From contig VXNX01000003.1 in NCBI GenBank assembly GCA_009840385.1, positions 21,311 to 85,310 on the forward strand: a DNA stretch of 64,000 nucleotides. Reading direction: 5' to 3'. Both the position numbers and the translations under genes were made by a program. The notes under the pieces were generated by a model. The model was not told where the DNA came from. It did not search any database and saw nothing but the letters and a program-made list of their open reading frames with translations. Source of the stretch: Candidatus Dadabacteria bacterium. GTDB taxonomy: Bacteria > Desulfobacterota_D > UBA1144 > Nemesobacterales > Nemesobacteraceae. Shown piece after piece: positions 51,578 through 61,391 of the stretch; position 1 is the first letter of the stretch, and each line of letters starts with the position of its first letter.

Positions 51578-52390
51578 TCAGGGTATGCCAAGCGGGTCCG
51601 GGTAAATCATTCTGTAGCCGAGCGTTTCTTTAAGCTTTTCGTTTGAGACTATCTTGTACTCCGGGGAGCTTTCCGTCTTGAAAAGCGGTAGCGGGATTCC
51701 ATATTTCCGGGCTTCGCGCGAGTAATACTCCCTTCTCGTCGGATGCTTATCGCAGGTGGCGTTGAGCACGGTGTTTCTTACATCAAGATCTATTACGCTC
51801 CGAACGATTCCTATGCAGTCGTCGCGGTGTATGAGGTTAAGAGGGCAATCGGGGTTTAGCACGAGTTTTTTTCTTCTGATCGATTTTATGGGAGCCCTGT
51901 CGTAACCTATTAGTCCAGAGAAGCGTATCACGGTCGTATCGATTCCCGGCTGTTCCATGAGAAGCCTCTCCACGCGCAGAAGGGCCTTTCCCGACGGTTT
52001 ATCGGGGTGAAGCGAGTCTTCTTCCCTTACGACCCCGTTTGTGTTCGGATAAACGGATGTCGAGCTGGCGAAGATAACCATCTTCCCTCGGGGGTTCGGT
52101 ATGGCCCCGATGAGGTTTCTGATCTGTTTTTCATGGTAGGTCTCTATATCGTCCCTTCGTTCCGGGGGGAAATTGATGAAAAGAATGTCCGAGGAGAAAA
52201 ATTCATCCGCACCCTCGCCCCTCACCTCGGGGGCGATATCTATCAGGTAGGGCTCTATTCCTTTTTCCGAAAGAGCGGGGAGCTTCTCAGGGTCCCTTAC
52301 AGACCCTCTCACCGAAAAACCCGCACCCTTTAGATGTAGAGCAAGCGGTTCCCCAAGCCAGCCGCAGCCCAGAATGCTCACGGTCCTCAC
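51578..52390 (-). CDS. NAD(P)-binding Rossmann-fold protein (SDR / NAD-dependent epimerase family)
   Basis: The product has an N-terminal GxGxxG (ILGCGWLGEPLA) and an SDR-like fold. It has a GTG start. Confidence 0.6.
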   Translation of the reverse strand: MRTVSILGCGWLGEPLALHLKGAGFSVRGSVRDPEKLPALSEKGIEPYLIDIAPEVRGEGADEFFSSDILFINFPPERRDDIETYHEKQIRNLIGAIPNPRGKMVIFASSTSVYPNTNGVVREEDSLHPDKPSGKALLRVERLLMEQPGIDTTVIRFSGLIGYDRAPIKSIRRKKLVLNPDCPLNLIHRDDCIGIVRSVIDLDVRNTVLNATCDKHPTRREYYSREARKYGIPLPLFKTESSPEYKIVSNEKLKETLGYRMIYPDPLGIP

Positions 52391-52563
52391 TGGTCCTGCT
52401 CCGCTTCCCGCCGCGTTATTTCACGCGTGACTTCCGCCCGCTGCTCGTCTGAGTACTCCTCCCAGTTCGCTATCTCGTCGCTCGTGCGGAGGCATCCGAC
52501 GCAAAGCCCCGTGTCCTCGTCCATTATGCATATGCCGTTGCAGGGAGAATTCGTTTTTCCCAA
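52387..52563 (-). CDS. DUF1289 domain protein (small Cys-rich)
   Basis: Hand translation gives MGKTNSPCNGICIMDEDTGLCVGCLRTSDEIANWEEYSDEQRAEV..., with the DUF1289 CxGxC...CxGCxRTxxEIxxW pattern. A TTG start is likely. Its stop and the SDR start share GTGA. It is not in the ORF track. Confidence 0.55.
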   Translation of the reverse strand: MGKTNSPCNGICIMDEDTGLCVGCLRTSDEIANWEEYSDEQRAEVTREITRREAEQDQ

Positions 52564-52567
52564 AACC

Positions 52568-53362
52568 CTATCCTCCGCAGAAAAGCCTGAGCATCTCGAG
52601 GTACTTTTCGCTTGTCTTTCTGACTATGTCGGGGGGAAGCTCAGGTGCCGGAGGATTTCTGTTCCAGCCCGTCTGCTTGAGGTAGTCCCTTACGAACTGC
52701 TTGTCAAAGCTTGTCTGCGGTCCGCCCGGAGCGTAGTCTGCCCGGGGCCAGAATCTTGATGAATCCGGCGTCAGGGCCTCGTCTATCAGAATGAGTTCTC
52801 CTGTGTCTCTGTCTATACCGAACTCAAATTTCGTATCGGCTATTATTATGCCTCGTTCTTCGGCTATACCGGCGGCTGCCGTGTAGATCTCGATGCTTGC
52901 GTCCCTTACCCTGCTCGCGAGCTCCCCGCCGATCATCTCGCGCACTTCCGCGAAAGTTATGTTCTCGTCATGGGTTCCCTGCTCGGCCTTGGTTGACGGC
53001 GTGAAAACGGGTTCCGGAAGCTTCTGCGACTCAAGGAGCCCTTCTCCAAGGGGTATGCCGCAGACGGAACCGGTTTTTTTGTACTCTTCCCACCCCGAAC
53101 CGCTTATATAGCCTCTCACTACGCACTCCACGGGAAGCGGGTCGGTTTTCTTGACGAGCATCGAGCGGTCTGAGAGCGCCTCGGCATGGTCCCCGAAGGG
53201 GTCGGGGAAATCCTCGGGGTCCGTTGAGATCATGTGGTTCGGGATTATATGCTCTGTTTTCCGGAACCAGAATTCTGAGATGCGGTTTAGCACCTCGCCT
53301 TTTGCCGGTATCCCGTTTGGGAGTATCACGTCAAAGGCTGAGATGCGGTCGGTGGCTACCAT
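52568..53362 (-). CDS. purC: phosphoribosylaminoimidazole-succinocarboxamide synthase (SAICAR synthetase, long type)
   Basis: The product has [12 protein letters not shown]...[14 protein letters not shown]...IADTKFEFG...[13 protein letters not shown] conserved N-terminal segment ([13 protein letters not shown]) is encoded in-frame upstream of the first ATG, so the true start may be non-canonical near 53440. Confidence 0.85.
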   Translation of the reverse strand: MVATDRISAFDVILPNGIPAKGEVLNRISEFWFRKTEHIIPNHMISTDPEDFPDPFGDHAEALSDRSMLVKKTDPLPVECVVRGYISGSGWEEYKKTGSVCGIPLGEGLLESQKLPEPVFTPSTKAEQGTHDENITFAEVREMIGGELASRVRDASIEIYTAAAGIAEERGIIIADTKFEFGIDRDTGELILIDEALTPDSSRFWPRADYAPGGPQTSFDKQFVRDYLKQTGWNRNPPAPELPPDIVRKTSEKYLEMLRLFCGG

Positions 53363-53592
53363 CAGGATGCGCTCGCCCAGGTCGTAGATGTCTCTTACCT
53401 TGCCTCTGGTGGGTTCTGCGAATCCGATGAAATCCGTGCTGAGTATCGTTTGGTGAATAGTTCTGCCACTTGATTCCCGATTTTTGCGGGACGCTTTGAC
53501 TGAATGGTGAAACTACCCGAAACCGCGGCCATTCTCAAGCGTCCCCGCAGTTGTTGACAATGTGCGATAATTAAAGACAATATCAGGTTTTT

Positions 53593-53667
53593 GAGCACGT
53601 AGCTCAGTGGCAGAGCACTTGCTTGACGTGCAAGGGGTCGCAGGTTCAAATCCTGCCGTGCTCACCA
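53593..53667 (+). tRNA. tRNA-Val (anticodon GAC)
   Basis: Hand-folded cloverleaf: acceptor GAGCACG/CGTGCTC, anticodon stem CTTGC/GCAAG, loop TTGACGT, T-loop TTCAAAT, and an encoded CCA. Confidence 0.85.
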
Positions 53668-53668
53668 T

Positions 53669-55615
53669 GTGTTTCAGAGGACGAATCAGTTGGGTATAGA
53701 GGTAAATATCGACGGGAAGCAAGGCAGGTTTTCTTCGGGAATCACCGTGGGGGACGTGCTGGCGGAACTTGGGGAAGACAAGCGTACAGTAGGGGCCGTC
53801 GTAGACGGCCAGGTAGTTGATTTCTGGCACCGCCTCGGGAGCGACTGCGACCTTCTGCCCGTAAAAAGCAATACCGAAGCCTCTTTGGGGCTTCTGCGGC
53901 ACACCGCGGCCCACGTTCTCGCTGAAGCCGTCCAGTCTCTTTTCCCCCAGGCGAGGGTCACCATAGGTCCCGTGATAGAAAACGGGTTTTACTACGATTT
54001 TGATTTCGAGAGGGGCTTCACTCCCGAGGATCTTGAGAACATCGAAGCGAAGATGCTTGAGATAATAAAGAAGAACCGGCCTCTTACGAGAAAATCGGTC
54101 ACGAGGGAGGAGGCCATAGCTACCTTCTCCGGGATAAACGAGAACTACAAGGTTGAGATAATAAACGACCTTCCCGAAGGGGAGGAGATAACCATATATG
54201 ACCAGACAGACTGGTATGACCTCTGCAGGGGGCCTCACCTTCCCTCAACGGGTCTCATAAAGGCCTTTAAGCTCACGAGTTCCGCAGGGGCTTACTGGAG
54301 GGGCAACGAGAACAACCCCATGCTCCAGAGAATTTACGGAACGGCGTTCTGGGACAAAAAGGAGCTGCGCAAACATCTGCAGAGCCTGGAAGAGGCAAAA
54401 AAAAGGGACCACAGAAAGCTTGGGAGGGAACTCGATCTTTTCAGCGTGAACGAAGAAATAGGACCCGGTCTCATCCTCTGGCATCCTAGGGGGGCGAAGG
54501 TAAGAAACGTAATAGAGGATTTCTGGAAGAGGGAGCATATCTCCCGGGGCTACGAAGTGCTCTACACGCCGCATATGGCCAAACTTGATCTCTGGCGCAC
54601 GAGCGGTCACGTGGATTTTTACTCGCAGAACATGTTCTCGTGCATGGAGGTTGAGAATTCCGATTATCAGGTAAAGCCCATGAACTGTCCCTTCCACATA
54701 CTGATATACAAGACAAAGACGAGAAGCTACAGGGATCTGCCGATCAGGTGGGCCGAGATAGGAACCGTGTACAGGTACGAGCGTTCAGGGGTTCTCCACG
54801 GTCTTTTGAGAGTAAGGGGCTTTTCCCAGGACGACGCCCACATATTCTGCCGACCCGACCAGATACGCGAAGAGGTCTCCGGGGTGCTTCGCCTCACCTT
54901 GGATTTCCTGAAGACTTTTGGGTTTGATAATTACGAGATCTTTCTCTCTACGCGCCCGGCCAAGTTTGTTGGAAGCGAGGAGAACTGGGAGAGGTCTATA
55001 GAGGCCATCGAGGAGGCCCTGTCGGATGTTGGGCTTCCGTACGGAGTTGACACCGGCGGCGGGGCTTTTTACGGTCCCAAGATAGATCTTAAGATAAAGG
55101 ACGTGATAGGCAGGGCTTGGCAATGCTCAACTATTCAAGTAGATTTCAACCTGCCCGAGCGGTTTGACATGGAATTTGTGGGTGAGGATAACGCGAGACA
55201 TACCCCGATAATGATCCACAGGGCCATATTCGGTTCTATCGAGCGGTTCTTTGGAATTCTCATAGAACATTACGGGGGAGCGTTTCCGCTCTGGCTCAGC
55301 CCCGAACAGGTAAGGGTGGCATCCGTGGGACAGAGCCAGGCCGAGTACTGCGAGGAAGTCTGCTCCGAGCTTCGGAGCCGGGGAATCAGGGTCGGCAGCG
55401 ATTTGCGAAACGAGAAGCTAGGATATAAGGTTAGGGAGGCTCAGGTGATGAAAATTCCCTACCTGCTGGTTGTGGGAGACAAGGAGGTTGAGACGGGAAC
55501 GGTTGCTCCCAGGAAGTACGGCGGAGATGCCATGGCGGCGTTGCCGGTAAAGGATTTTATCGAAATCGTCGTGGGGGAGAACGATCCCTACAGTTGGATG
55601 GAGGTAACGGTATAG
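53669..55615 (+). CDS. thrS: threonine--tRNA ligase
   Basis: The 648-aa product has an N-terminal TGS domain, an editing domain (HTAAHVLAEAV), and a class II catalytic core. A GTG start is the likely one, 2 nt after tRNA-Val. Confidence 0.93.
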   Translation: MFQRTNQLGIEVNIDGKQGRFSSGITVGDVLAELGEDKRTVGAVVDGQVVDFWHRLGSDCDLLPVKSNTEASLGLLRHTAAHVLAEAVQSLFPQARVTIGPVIENGFYYDFDFERGFTPEDLENIEAKMLEIIKKNRPLTRKSVTREEAIATFSGINENYKVEIINDLPEGEEITIYDQTDWYDLCRGPHLPSTGLIKAFKLTSSAGAYWRGNENNPMLQRIYGTAFWDKKELRKHLQSLEEAKKRDHRKLGRELDLFSVNEEIGPGLILWHPRGAKVRNVIEDFWKREHISRGYEVLYTPHMAKLDLWRTSGHVDFYSQNMFSCMEVENSDYQVKPMNCPFHILIYKTKTRSYRDLPIRWAEIGTVYRYERSGVLHGLLRVRGFSQDDAHIFCRPDQIREEVSGVLRLTLDFLKTFGFDNYEIFLSTRPAKFVGSEENWERSIEAIEEALSDVGLPYGVDTGGGAFYGPKIDLKIKDVIGRAWQCSTIQVDFNLPERFDMEFVGEDNARHTPIMIHRAIFGSIERFFGILIEHYGGAFPLWLSPEQVRVASVGQSQAEYCEEVCSELRSRGIRVGSDLRNEKLGYKVREAQVMKIPYLLVVGDKEVETGTVAPRKYGGDAMAALPVKDFIEIVVGENDPYSWMEVTV

Positions 55616-56172
55616 CTAGAAGGAGAAATAATTTCAGGGCCCGCGTTCCGGAGACCCGGATTAACAGGAGAATCACCGCGAAAGAGGTGAGGCTCATAGA
55701 TATTGAAGGTGAGCAGCTCGGGATCGTAGGCATTGACGAGGCTTTGCGGATCTCGGAGGAAAAGGAAGTAGACTTGGTTGAGATTGCGTCAAACGCTACT
55801 CCGCCCGTATGCAAGTTGATGGATTACGGGAAGTTCAAGTACGAACTCAAAAAACAGCGAAGCGCGAAAAAACAGAAAGATCAGACGATAAAGGAGATCA
55901 AGTTTCGTCCCAACATAGGGGACCACGACCTTGAAGTCAAGGTAAACCGAATGAAGGGTTTTCTTGAAGCGGGTCACAAAACCAGGGTAAGGATATTTTT
56001 CAGGGGCAGGGAAATAGTTCACTCGGACCTCGGCCGCAAGCTCGCCGAGGATGTCTGCGAAAAACTGTCCGATGTCGCCTCGGTGGACATGGAGCCCAAG
56101 ATAGAGGGCAAGAACCTGATAATGGTGCTTGTACCGGCAAAAAAAACAGTGAGGAATTCACAAGATGCCTAA
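55612..56172 (+). CDS. infC: translation initiation factor IF-3
   Basis: The product has an IF-3 N-terminus (RINRRITAKEVRLIDIEGEQLGIV). The likely start is an ATA at 55612, 9 nt after GGAGG, which fits the known non-AUG autoregulatory start of infC. Confidence 0.85.
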   Translation: MARRRNNFRARVPETRINRRITAKEVRLIDIEGEQLGIVGIDEALRISEEKEVDLVEIASNATPPVCKLMDYGKFKYELKKQRSAKKQKDQTIKEIKFRPNIGDHDLEVKVNRMKGFLEAGHKTRVRIFFRGREIVHSDLGRKLAEDVCEKLSDVASVDMEPKIEGKNLIMVLVPAKKTVRNSQDA

Positions 56173-56362
56173 GATGAAGACGAACCGCAGCGCGGCCAAG
56201 AGGTTTTCCGTTACCGGAAGCGGAAAAATAAGAAGGAACAAGGGTGGAAAAAGCCATATAAACGTGAAGAAGAGTTCAAAAAGGATGCGGAGACTGCTGG
56301 AGACGGATTTCATCGAAGGTTCCGCGGCCAAGAAGATCAAAACCTACGTTCCTTACCTGTGA
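56165..56362 (+). CDS. rpmI: 50S ribosomal protein L35
   Basis: The product begins MPKMKTNRSAAKRF. Confidence 0.93.
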   Translation: MPKMKTNRSAAKRFSVTGSGKIRRNKGGKSHINVKKSSKRMRRLLETDFIEGSAAKKIKTYVPYL

Positions 56363-56385
56363 ACTGATACAAACGGAGAATACCG

Positions 56386-56739
56386 ATGCGCATAAAAAGA
56401 GGAGTCACTTCCAGAAGACGTAAAAAAAGAGTTCTTAAGCTTGCAAAAGGGTACTGGGGGAGAAGAAAAAACAATTTCAGACGGGCGAAGGAAACCATAC
56501 TCAGGGCACTTGCCTATTCCTACAGGGACCGCCGCCGCAGAAAAAGAGACTTCAGGGCGCTTTGGATTATGAGAATAAACGCTGGGGTAAGGCCTTTTGG
56601 ACTTTCCTACAGCAGGTTCATAAACGCGCTTAAGCAGTCCGGAGTCGAACTTGACCGAAAAAGTCTCTCAGAGCTCGCCATAAGAAACCCCGAGAGTTTC
56701 AAGGCCGTGGTGGAGTTCGCGACCTCGAAGAAGGGATGA
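56386..56739 (+). CDS. rplT: 50S ribosomal protein L20
   Basis: The product begins [25 protein letters not shown]. Confidence 0.95.
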   Translation: MRIKRGVTSRRRKKRVLKLAKGYWGRRKNNFRRAKETILRALAYSYRDRRRRKRDFRALWIMRINAGVRPFGLSYSRFINALKQSGVELDRKSLSELAIRNPESFKAVVEFATSKKG

Positions 56740-56745
56740 TCTTCC

Positions 56746-56771
56746 GCCCCGACCGGGGCTTCTATTCTATT
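56746..56771 (+). terminator. Rho-independent terminator after rplT
   Basis: A GCCCC-GACC-GGGGC hairpin is followed by TTCTATTCTATT. Confidence 0.5.
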
Positions 56772-56776
56772 CCCGG

Positions 56777-57454
56777 CTAAAGCGGGTTTATACCGGGGTC
56801 GTGCGGGTCGCGCTCAAGCGGGCAGCCTTCGCAGCGCGGGGTCTTTGCGCAGTGAAGTTTCCCCGTTTTCACTATGAGCGCGTGGTACTCTCCGAAAACT
56901 CCTGTGTTTGGGGAAAGACTTTGCGTAAAAAGCTCCTGTATCTTCGCGTAACTTGCGTCTTCGGGGATCAGGCGGTGGCGGCTGAGAATTCTTCTTGAGT
57001 AGTTATCGACCACGAACACGGGTTTTCCAAGGGCGTAAAGCAGGATCGAATCAGCTGTTTCTTGGCCGATGCCGTTTACCGAAAGCAATTCCTCCCTGAG
57101 TTTGTCTGTGTCCTCTGCGAGCATGTTTTCCATCTCTCCCCCGTAGCTTGCGAACAGAAAGTCGATGAAGTTTTTAAGCCTTCTGGCTTTTAGGTTGTGA
57201 TACCCGCAGGGACGAATCAGGGCCGCAAGCTGCCCGTGGGATACCGACTTCAGTTTTTCTGCCGAAAGCATGGAACTCTCCCTCAGAGCCGTAATGGCTC
57301 GCTCCACGTTTCTCCAGGAGGTGTTCTGGGTGAGTATGGCGCCTGTGGCGCACTCAAGTCTTGTACGGGCGGGCCACCAGTTCTGCGGACCATATCTTTT
57401 ATACAGGACGGAGTAAAAATTCCGTATTCTTTCGGATTCGCCTGTACCGCTCAA
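56777..57454 (-). CDS. endonuclease III-like HhH-GPD base-excision repair protein
   Basis: The product has HhH-GPD motifs (LLSVNGIGQETADSILLYALGKP) and a C-terminal Cys cluster (CAKTPRCEGCP). Confidence 0.75.
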   Translation of the reverse strand: MSGTGESERIRNFYSVLYKRYGPQNWWPARTRLECATGAILTQNTSWRNVERAITALRESSMLSAEKLKSVSHGQLAALIRPCGYHNLKARRLKNFIDFLFASYGGEMENMLAEDTDKLREELLSVNGIGQETADSILLYALGKPVFVVDNYSRRILSRHRLIPEDASYAKIQELFTQSLSPNTGVFGEYHALIVKTGKLHCAKTPRCEGCPLERDPHDPGINPL

Positions 57455-59100
57455 CGTATTGTTTCTCCGCCGCTTCTGCGGTTAATGTGGGAAACGACCA
57501 GGAAAAAGACGGCCGCAAGCGCGTATCCGGCGGCCCATCTGGCTCCTGTTGCGAAGCCGAGAGAATAGAGGCTTCCTTCAACCGAGATTTCCCCTGCGTG
57601 TATGAAACCGAAAAAGGCCATCACGGCTCCCACTCCCATCCAAACTCCCGCTTGAGTGAGCCTGCGTTCTACAAGGCACACTGCTGTTGCGGCCCAGACA
57701 ACGGAGGAGAGCATGAATCCCTGGGAAAGCGCTACCAGCCCGGGCAGCTGAAGCCCAGAGGCGACAAACACGTCTAAATTCTCAAACGCGCGGTGAGCTA
57801 CAGAACCGTCCGAAATCGCTGCTCCCACCGCTCCTACTGTTTGGGAAACCACTATCGTTCCCCACGCCGCAAGAGACGGGACCAGTCCCAGAGCTACGGC
57901 GGGGGCGTGGGAGCGAGGAGTGGTCTGAAACGCCTGGGCCGTCATCACGAGACCTACCCATATCAGTATTACTCCGGCGGCCTCGACCGGCACCAGGGCC
58001 ACGGCGAGGGAACTGAGACCGACAAGCGACACAACGGCGTAGAAAGCTCCGTTCATAACCGAGTAGCCTCCTTTCGCTCCCATCTCTTTCCATCCCGGAT
58101 GGCCTATGTATATGGTCGTGGGGAAACACGACCCGAAAAGGGATGCGGCTATCGATCCCACTCCGTTAACTGCAAGGCACGGTCCCGTGGGGTAGGGGTC
58201 TCCCGCGGCCTCTGCGGACTCTATGTTTTGCAGGGACCCGAGAATGTTGTAAAGCCCCATCGGAAGCACTACGGGAATCAGTACCGAGCGCACCAGGGGA
58301 TCCGAAAGCCCTGCAACGAGATCGCCCAGAACTGGAATAGGCAGGTAGAATCCCACGTCGCCGAATGCTTTGCCCACAGCGGGTCCCGAAACGGATGTTT
58401 CCTCTCCGAATCCCGCTGCGAAGAGAACCCACGCGGCGAACATTCCAAGGACAAGGGCAAGACCCACTCCGGGAATTCCAAGCGGAAGCCTTGTCCTTGA
58501 GAGCAAGGTGAACAGTAGCACTCCAAAGGGGAGCAGGGCGACCAGAGGATAGGCGAAACATCTTGCGGCAAAGTCCATGCACAGAAACGCTACGGCTATT
58601 CCGGCAAGAGAGGTGAGCAGTGCGGCTCGCGGGGTCGCTTTTCTGATCCTCTCGGCTACGAAGGATCCCGCGAGTTCAATGACTCCGGAGAGAAAGCATG
58701 CGGCCACGCCGACGCGCCAGGCCACAAGCGCGGCCTCCTGCGGAGTAGCTCCCTGGCTCTGTGCCGCAAGCTTTGCGGGGATCATTACCAGGAAGATAAA
58801 AGCGAACACGGAAATCGTGTTGACTCCGTAGGGAAGCGCTGTTACGTCTTTTCTTCCTGTGGCAGCCGACAGACGCTGCGCAAGCCAGGCGTAGTAGAGA
58901 TTGCCGATGATAAGCGATATGGCTACGGCGGGGAGAACGGATGAGATGATGAACTCCCTCTGCAATCCCACGAGACCCGTAAGCAGTACCACGATCAGAA
59001 GGTACTGGACGAGGTTGTCCACCATGAGACCGAAAAACCCCTCGGCATCGGAGAACGAAAAAAGAGGCTGTGCGCCTGCGGGGAAAAAGAGGTTTTTCAT
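57451..59100 (-). CDS. NCS2-family nucleobase permease (AzgA-like purine permease)
   Basis: The 549-aa product is polytopic, with an N-terminus matching AzgA-type adenine/guanine/hypoxanthine permeases. Confidence 0.6.
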   Translation of the reverse strand: MKNLFFPAGAQPLFSFSDAEGFFGLMVDNLVQYLLIVVLLTGLVGLQREFIISSVLPAVAISLIIGNLYYAWLAQRLSAATGRKDVTALPYGVNTISVFAFIFLVMIPAKLAAQSQGATPQEAALVAWRVGVAACFLSGVIELAGSFVAERIRKATPRAALLTSLAGIAVAFLCMDFAARCFAYPLVALLPFGVLLFTLLSRTRLPLGIPGVGLALVLGMFAAWVLFAAGFGEETSVSGPAVGKAFGDVGFYLPIPVLGDLVAGLSDPLVRSVLIPVVLPMGLYNILGSLQNIESAEAAGDPYPTGPCLAVNGVGSIAASLFGSCFPTTIYIGHPGWKEMGAKGGYSVMNGAFYAVVSLVGLSSLAVALVPVEAAGVILIWVGLVMTAQAFQTTPRSHAPAVALGLVPSLAAWGTIVVSQTVGAVGAAISDGSVAHRAFENLDVFVASGLQLPGLVALSQGFMLSSVVWAATAVCLVERRLTQAGVWMGVGAVMAFFGFIHAGEISVEGSLYSLGFATGARWAAGYALAAVFFLVVSHINRRSGGETIR

Positions 59101-59264
59101 GTCTTATTCCGGGATTGTGTGGAACCGTAGAACCAAACGGCAAACCTGCAATGAAGCGTTAATTATAATGAAAAAGCTATTGCGGGCAAAGCCCCGCGCG
59201 CCTGATTCTCGTGGATGTGCCCGCGGCCGACGATCTTCCCGCTGTGCTTGGCAATGGATATCAG

Positions 59265-60008
59265 CTATAAATCCACCCTTATCATCGCCTGAACAACTGA
59301 TTCCTCGACCCCCGAGATCCCAAACTTGTTGTGCCAATACCACCACTCAATACCGACATATACCTGTCCCTGCCGGTTCACCAGACGACCCACATCCAGC
59401 AGGAGCTGAGGCTGCATAAGAAAGTTTTGTTTTTCATAGGCGGATGTTTCAGCCTCACCCTCTGAGCCGGCCCAGTCGAAATAGCCATTGAACATCCAGT
59501 GCGCCGGTCCCGTTTTGAAGGTCGCATTCCAAACCACTGTCACCTGCCAAGTTGTTCCGGCAAGATCCGGATTTTCCCTTAAGTAGCCGTTTGTCTGGAC
59601 GAAATTAAACCCGGGCACATCAAGGTCCACCGCGGCGCCAATGAGATAATTGGTAAAACCTTCTCCCTTTTCCAAAGTGCCGGACAGAAGCACATCTTCC
59701 ACCGGCCCCGCGGAAAAAGCTTTACCGCTTATTTTGGAGAAGCTCAGACGGGGGGACCACTCCCCATAGAATGAACTGTTACCTCTCAATGGTCGGATAT
59801 CCACAAAGGCAAAGTTATCGCCATAGGCCCAGCCGTTAATCCATTCCAGAGTGAGGGTTCCCGCTTTCTCACGCTCCAGTTCGAAGTCCGTACCATAGAG
59901 CAACTGGGCGTTGAACGCATTCCAGGTCTGCGCTACTGCCGGCGCTGACGACAACAAGACAAGCAAACAGAGGCATATGGTGCAGGCAATTACTCTAAGA
60001 TGATTCAT
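59265..60008 (-). CDS. Tsx-like nucleoside-specific outer-membrane channel
   Basis: A signal peptide (MNHLRVIACTICLCLLVLLSSAPAVAQ) is followed by a beta-barrel-like sequence with aromatic girdles and a Tsx-like C-terminal region (FDWAGSEGEA...WWYWHNKFG). The likely start is the internal ATG at 60008. Confidence 0.55.
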   Translation of the reverse strand: MNHLRVIACTICLCLLVLLSSAPAVAQTWNAFNAQLLYGTDFELEREKAGTLTLEWINGWAYGDNFAFVDIRPLRGNSSFYGEWSPRLSFSKISGKAFSAGPVEDVLLSGTLEKGEGFTNYLIGAAVDLDVPGFNFVQTNGYLRENPDLAGTTWQVTVVWNATFKTGPAHWMFNGYFDWAGSEGEAETSAYEKQNFLMQPQLLLDVGRLVNRQGQVYVGIEWWYWHNKFGISGVEESVVQAMIRVDL

Positions 60009-60275
60009 CTTGCGTTCAGCTTCTGGCTTCCGCCCGCCCGGCATACGGTCTGCCAAGGCGGCATTGACGATGGGCTGTTCTGAATTTGGTATTACGGCTC
60101 CATTCAACCATGACATCATTTTAATACGGAGTTTATCATAAAGGCAATTTTCATGTCATATATCCAGTTATCCTGTTTCAACTTCATCTTATTTCTTAAT
60201 TGTAAATATCAATAAGTCTCCCGCTTCCTCGAGGTTGTTTTGACAGTCCACTTTTTAGGATGTTTAATCTAGTAT

Positions 60276-61361
60276 ATGACTTACACCCCTTTATACGAAA
60301 CACACAAGAGTTTCGGGGCGCGGATGATCGATTTTGCCGGGTGGAAGCTTCCTCTTCAGTTTGACGGTATAAGGCAGGAACACATGGCTGTCAGGACCGC
60401 CTGCGGACTTTTCGACGTGAGCCACATGGGAGAAATAGAGGTCAACGGACCTCAGGCGGAAGATCTCTGCCAGAGGCTTAACACCAATGACATGGCAAAG
60501 CTTCGCGACGGCCGGGCCCGGTACGGTCTTTTCTGCTATCCAGACGGCGGAGCGGTTGACGATCTTATAACCTACAGGTTCTCGGCGGAGCATTTCCTTG
60601 TCTGCGTGAACGCGTCTAACACTGAGAAAGTCTATCGCTGGATGGGCGATAACTGCGGTGATCTTGACGTTGAGGTAACCGACGCGAGCGCCGCTTACGC
60701 TCAGATCGCCGTTCAGGGTCCCGACTCGGTATCAGTAATGGAGAAGGCGCTTGGCGAGGAGAGCGTGAGGGATTTCCCCAGATTTTCTTTCAGAATCCTG
60801 GAGGGCGAGGCGACGGGAGTGATAGCTGCCAGGACCGGTTATACTGGTGAAGACGGCTTTGAGTTGTTCGTGCCCGCGGGGGACGCGGTCTGGATCTGGG
60901 AGAGGCTTTACGAAAGCGGGAGCGAATCAGGGATCACTTTTTGCGGCCTTGGAGCGCGCGACACCCTTCGAATAGAAGCCGGATACCCTCTTTACGGAAA
61001 CGAGTTGGATGAGAAGAAAACCCCGATTGAGGCCGGCTTGGGTAGGTACGTGAAAATGGACAAGGGCGATTTTATCGGCCGCGCTGCGCTTCTGGAGCAG
61101 ATGGAGGGTGGAACAGCGAGGAAAACCCTTGGTTTTAAGATGCTTGAGAGGGGAGTTCCCAGGCATGGCTACGATGTAGTGAAGAACGGAAAGAGAATAG
61201 GAGAAGTTACAAGCGGTACCATGTCTCCGGTTCTTGATATTGGTGTGGGTATAGCTTCGGTGACCTCTGGTGAAGTTGAGTGTGGAGATGAAATAGGGAT
61301 TGAGATCCGGGGACACGCGAGAAAAGCGGTTTCTTCTGAATTTCCGCTTCATAAAGACTGA
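60276..61361 (+). CDS. gcvT: glycine cleavage system aminomethyltransferase T
   Basis: The 361-aa product has GcvT signatures (PLYETHKSFGARMIDFAGWKLPLQF). Confidence 0.92.
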   Translation: MTYTPLYETHKSFGARMIDFAGWKLPLQFDGIRQEHMAVRTACGLFDVSHMGEIEVNGPQAEDLCQRLNTNDMAKLRDGRARYGLFCYPDGGAVDDLITYRFSAEHFLVCVNASNTEKVYRWMGDNCGDLDVEVTDASAAYAQIAVQGPDSVSVMEKALGEESVRDFPRFSFRILEGEATGVIAARTGYTGEDGFELFVPAGDAVWIWERLYESGSESGITFCGLGARDTLRIEAGYPLYGNELDEKKTPIEAGLGRYVKMDKGDFIGRAALLEQMEGGTARKTLGFKMLERGVPRHGYDVVKNGKRIGEVTSGTMSPVLDIGVGIASVTSGEVECGDEIGIEIRGHARKAVSSEFPLHKD

Positions 61362-61391
61362 GACAAGTAATATATAAGGAGCATTGAAGTT

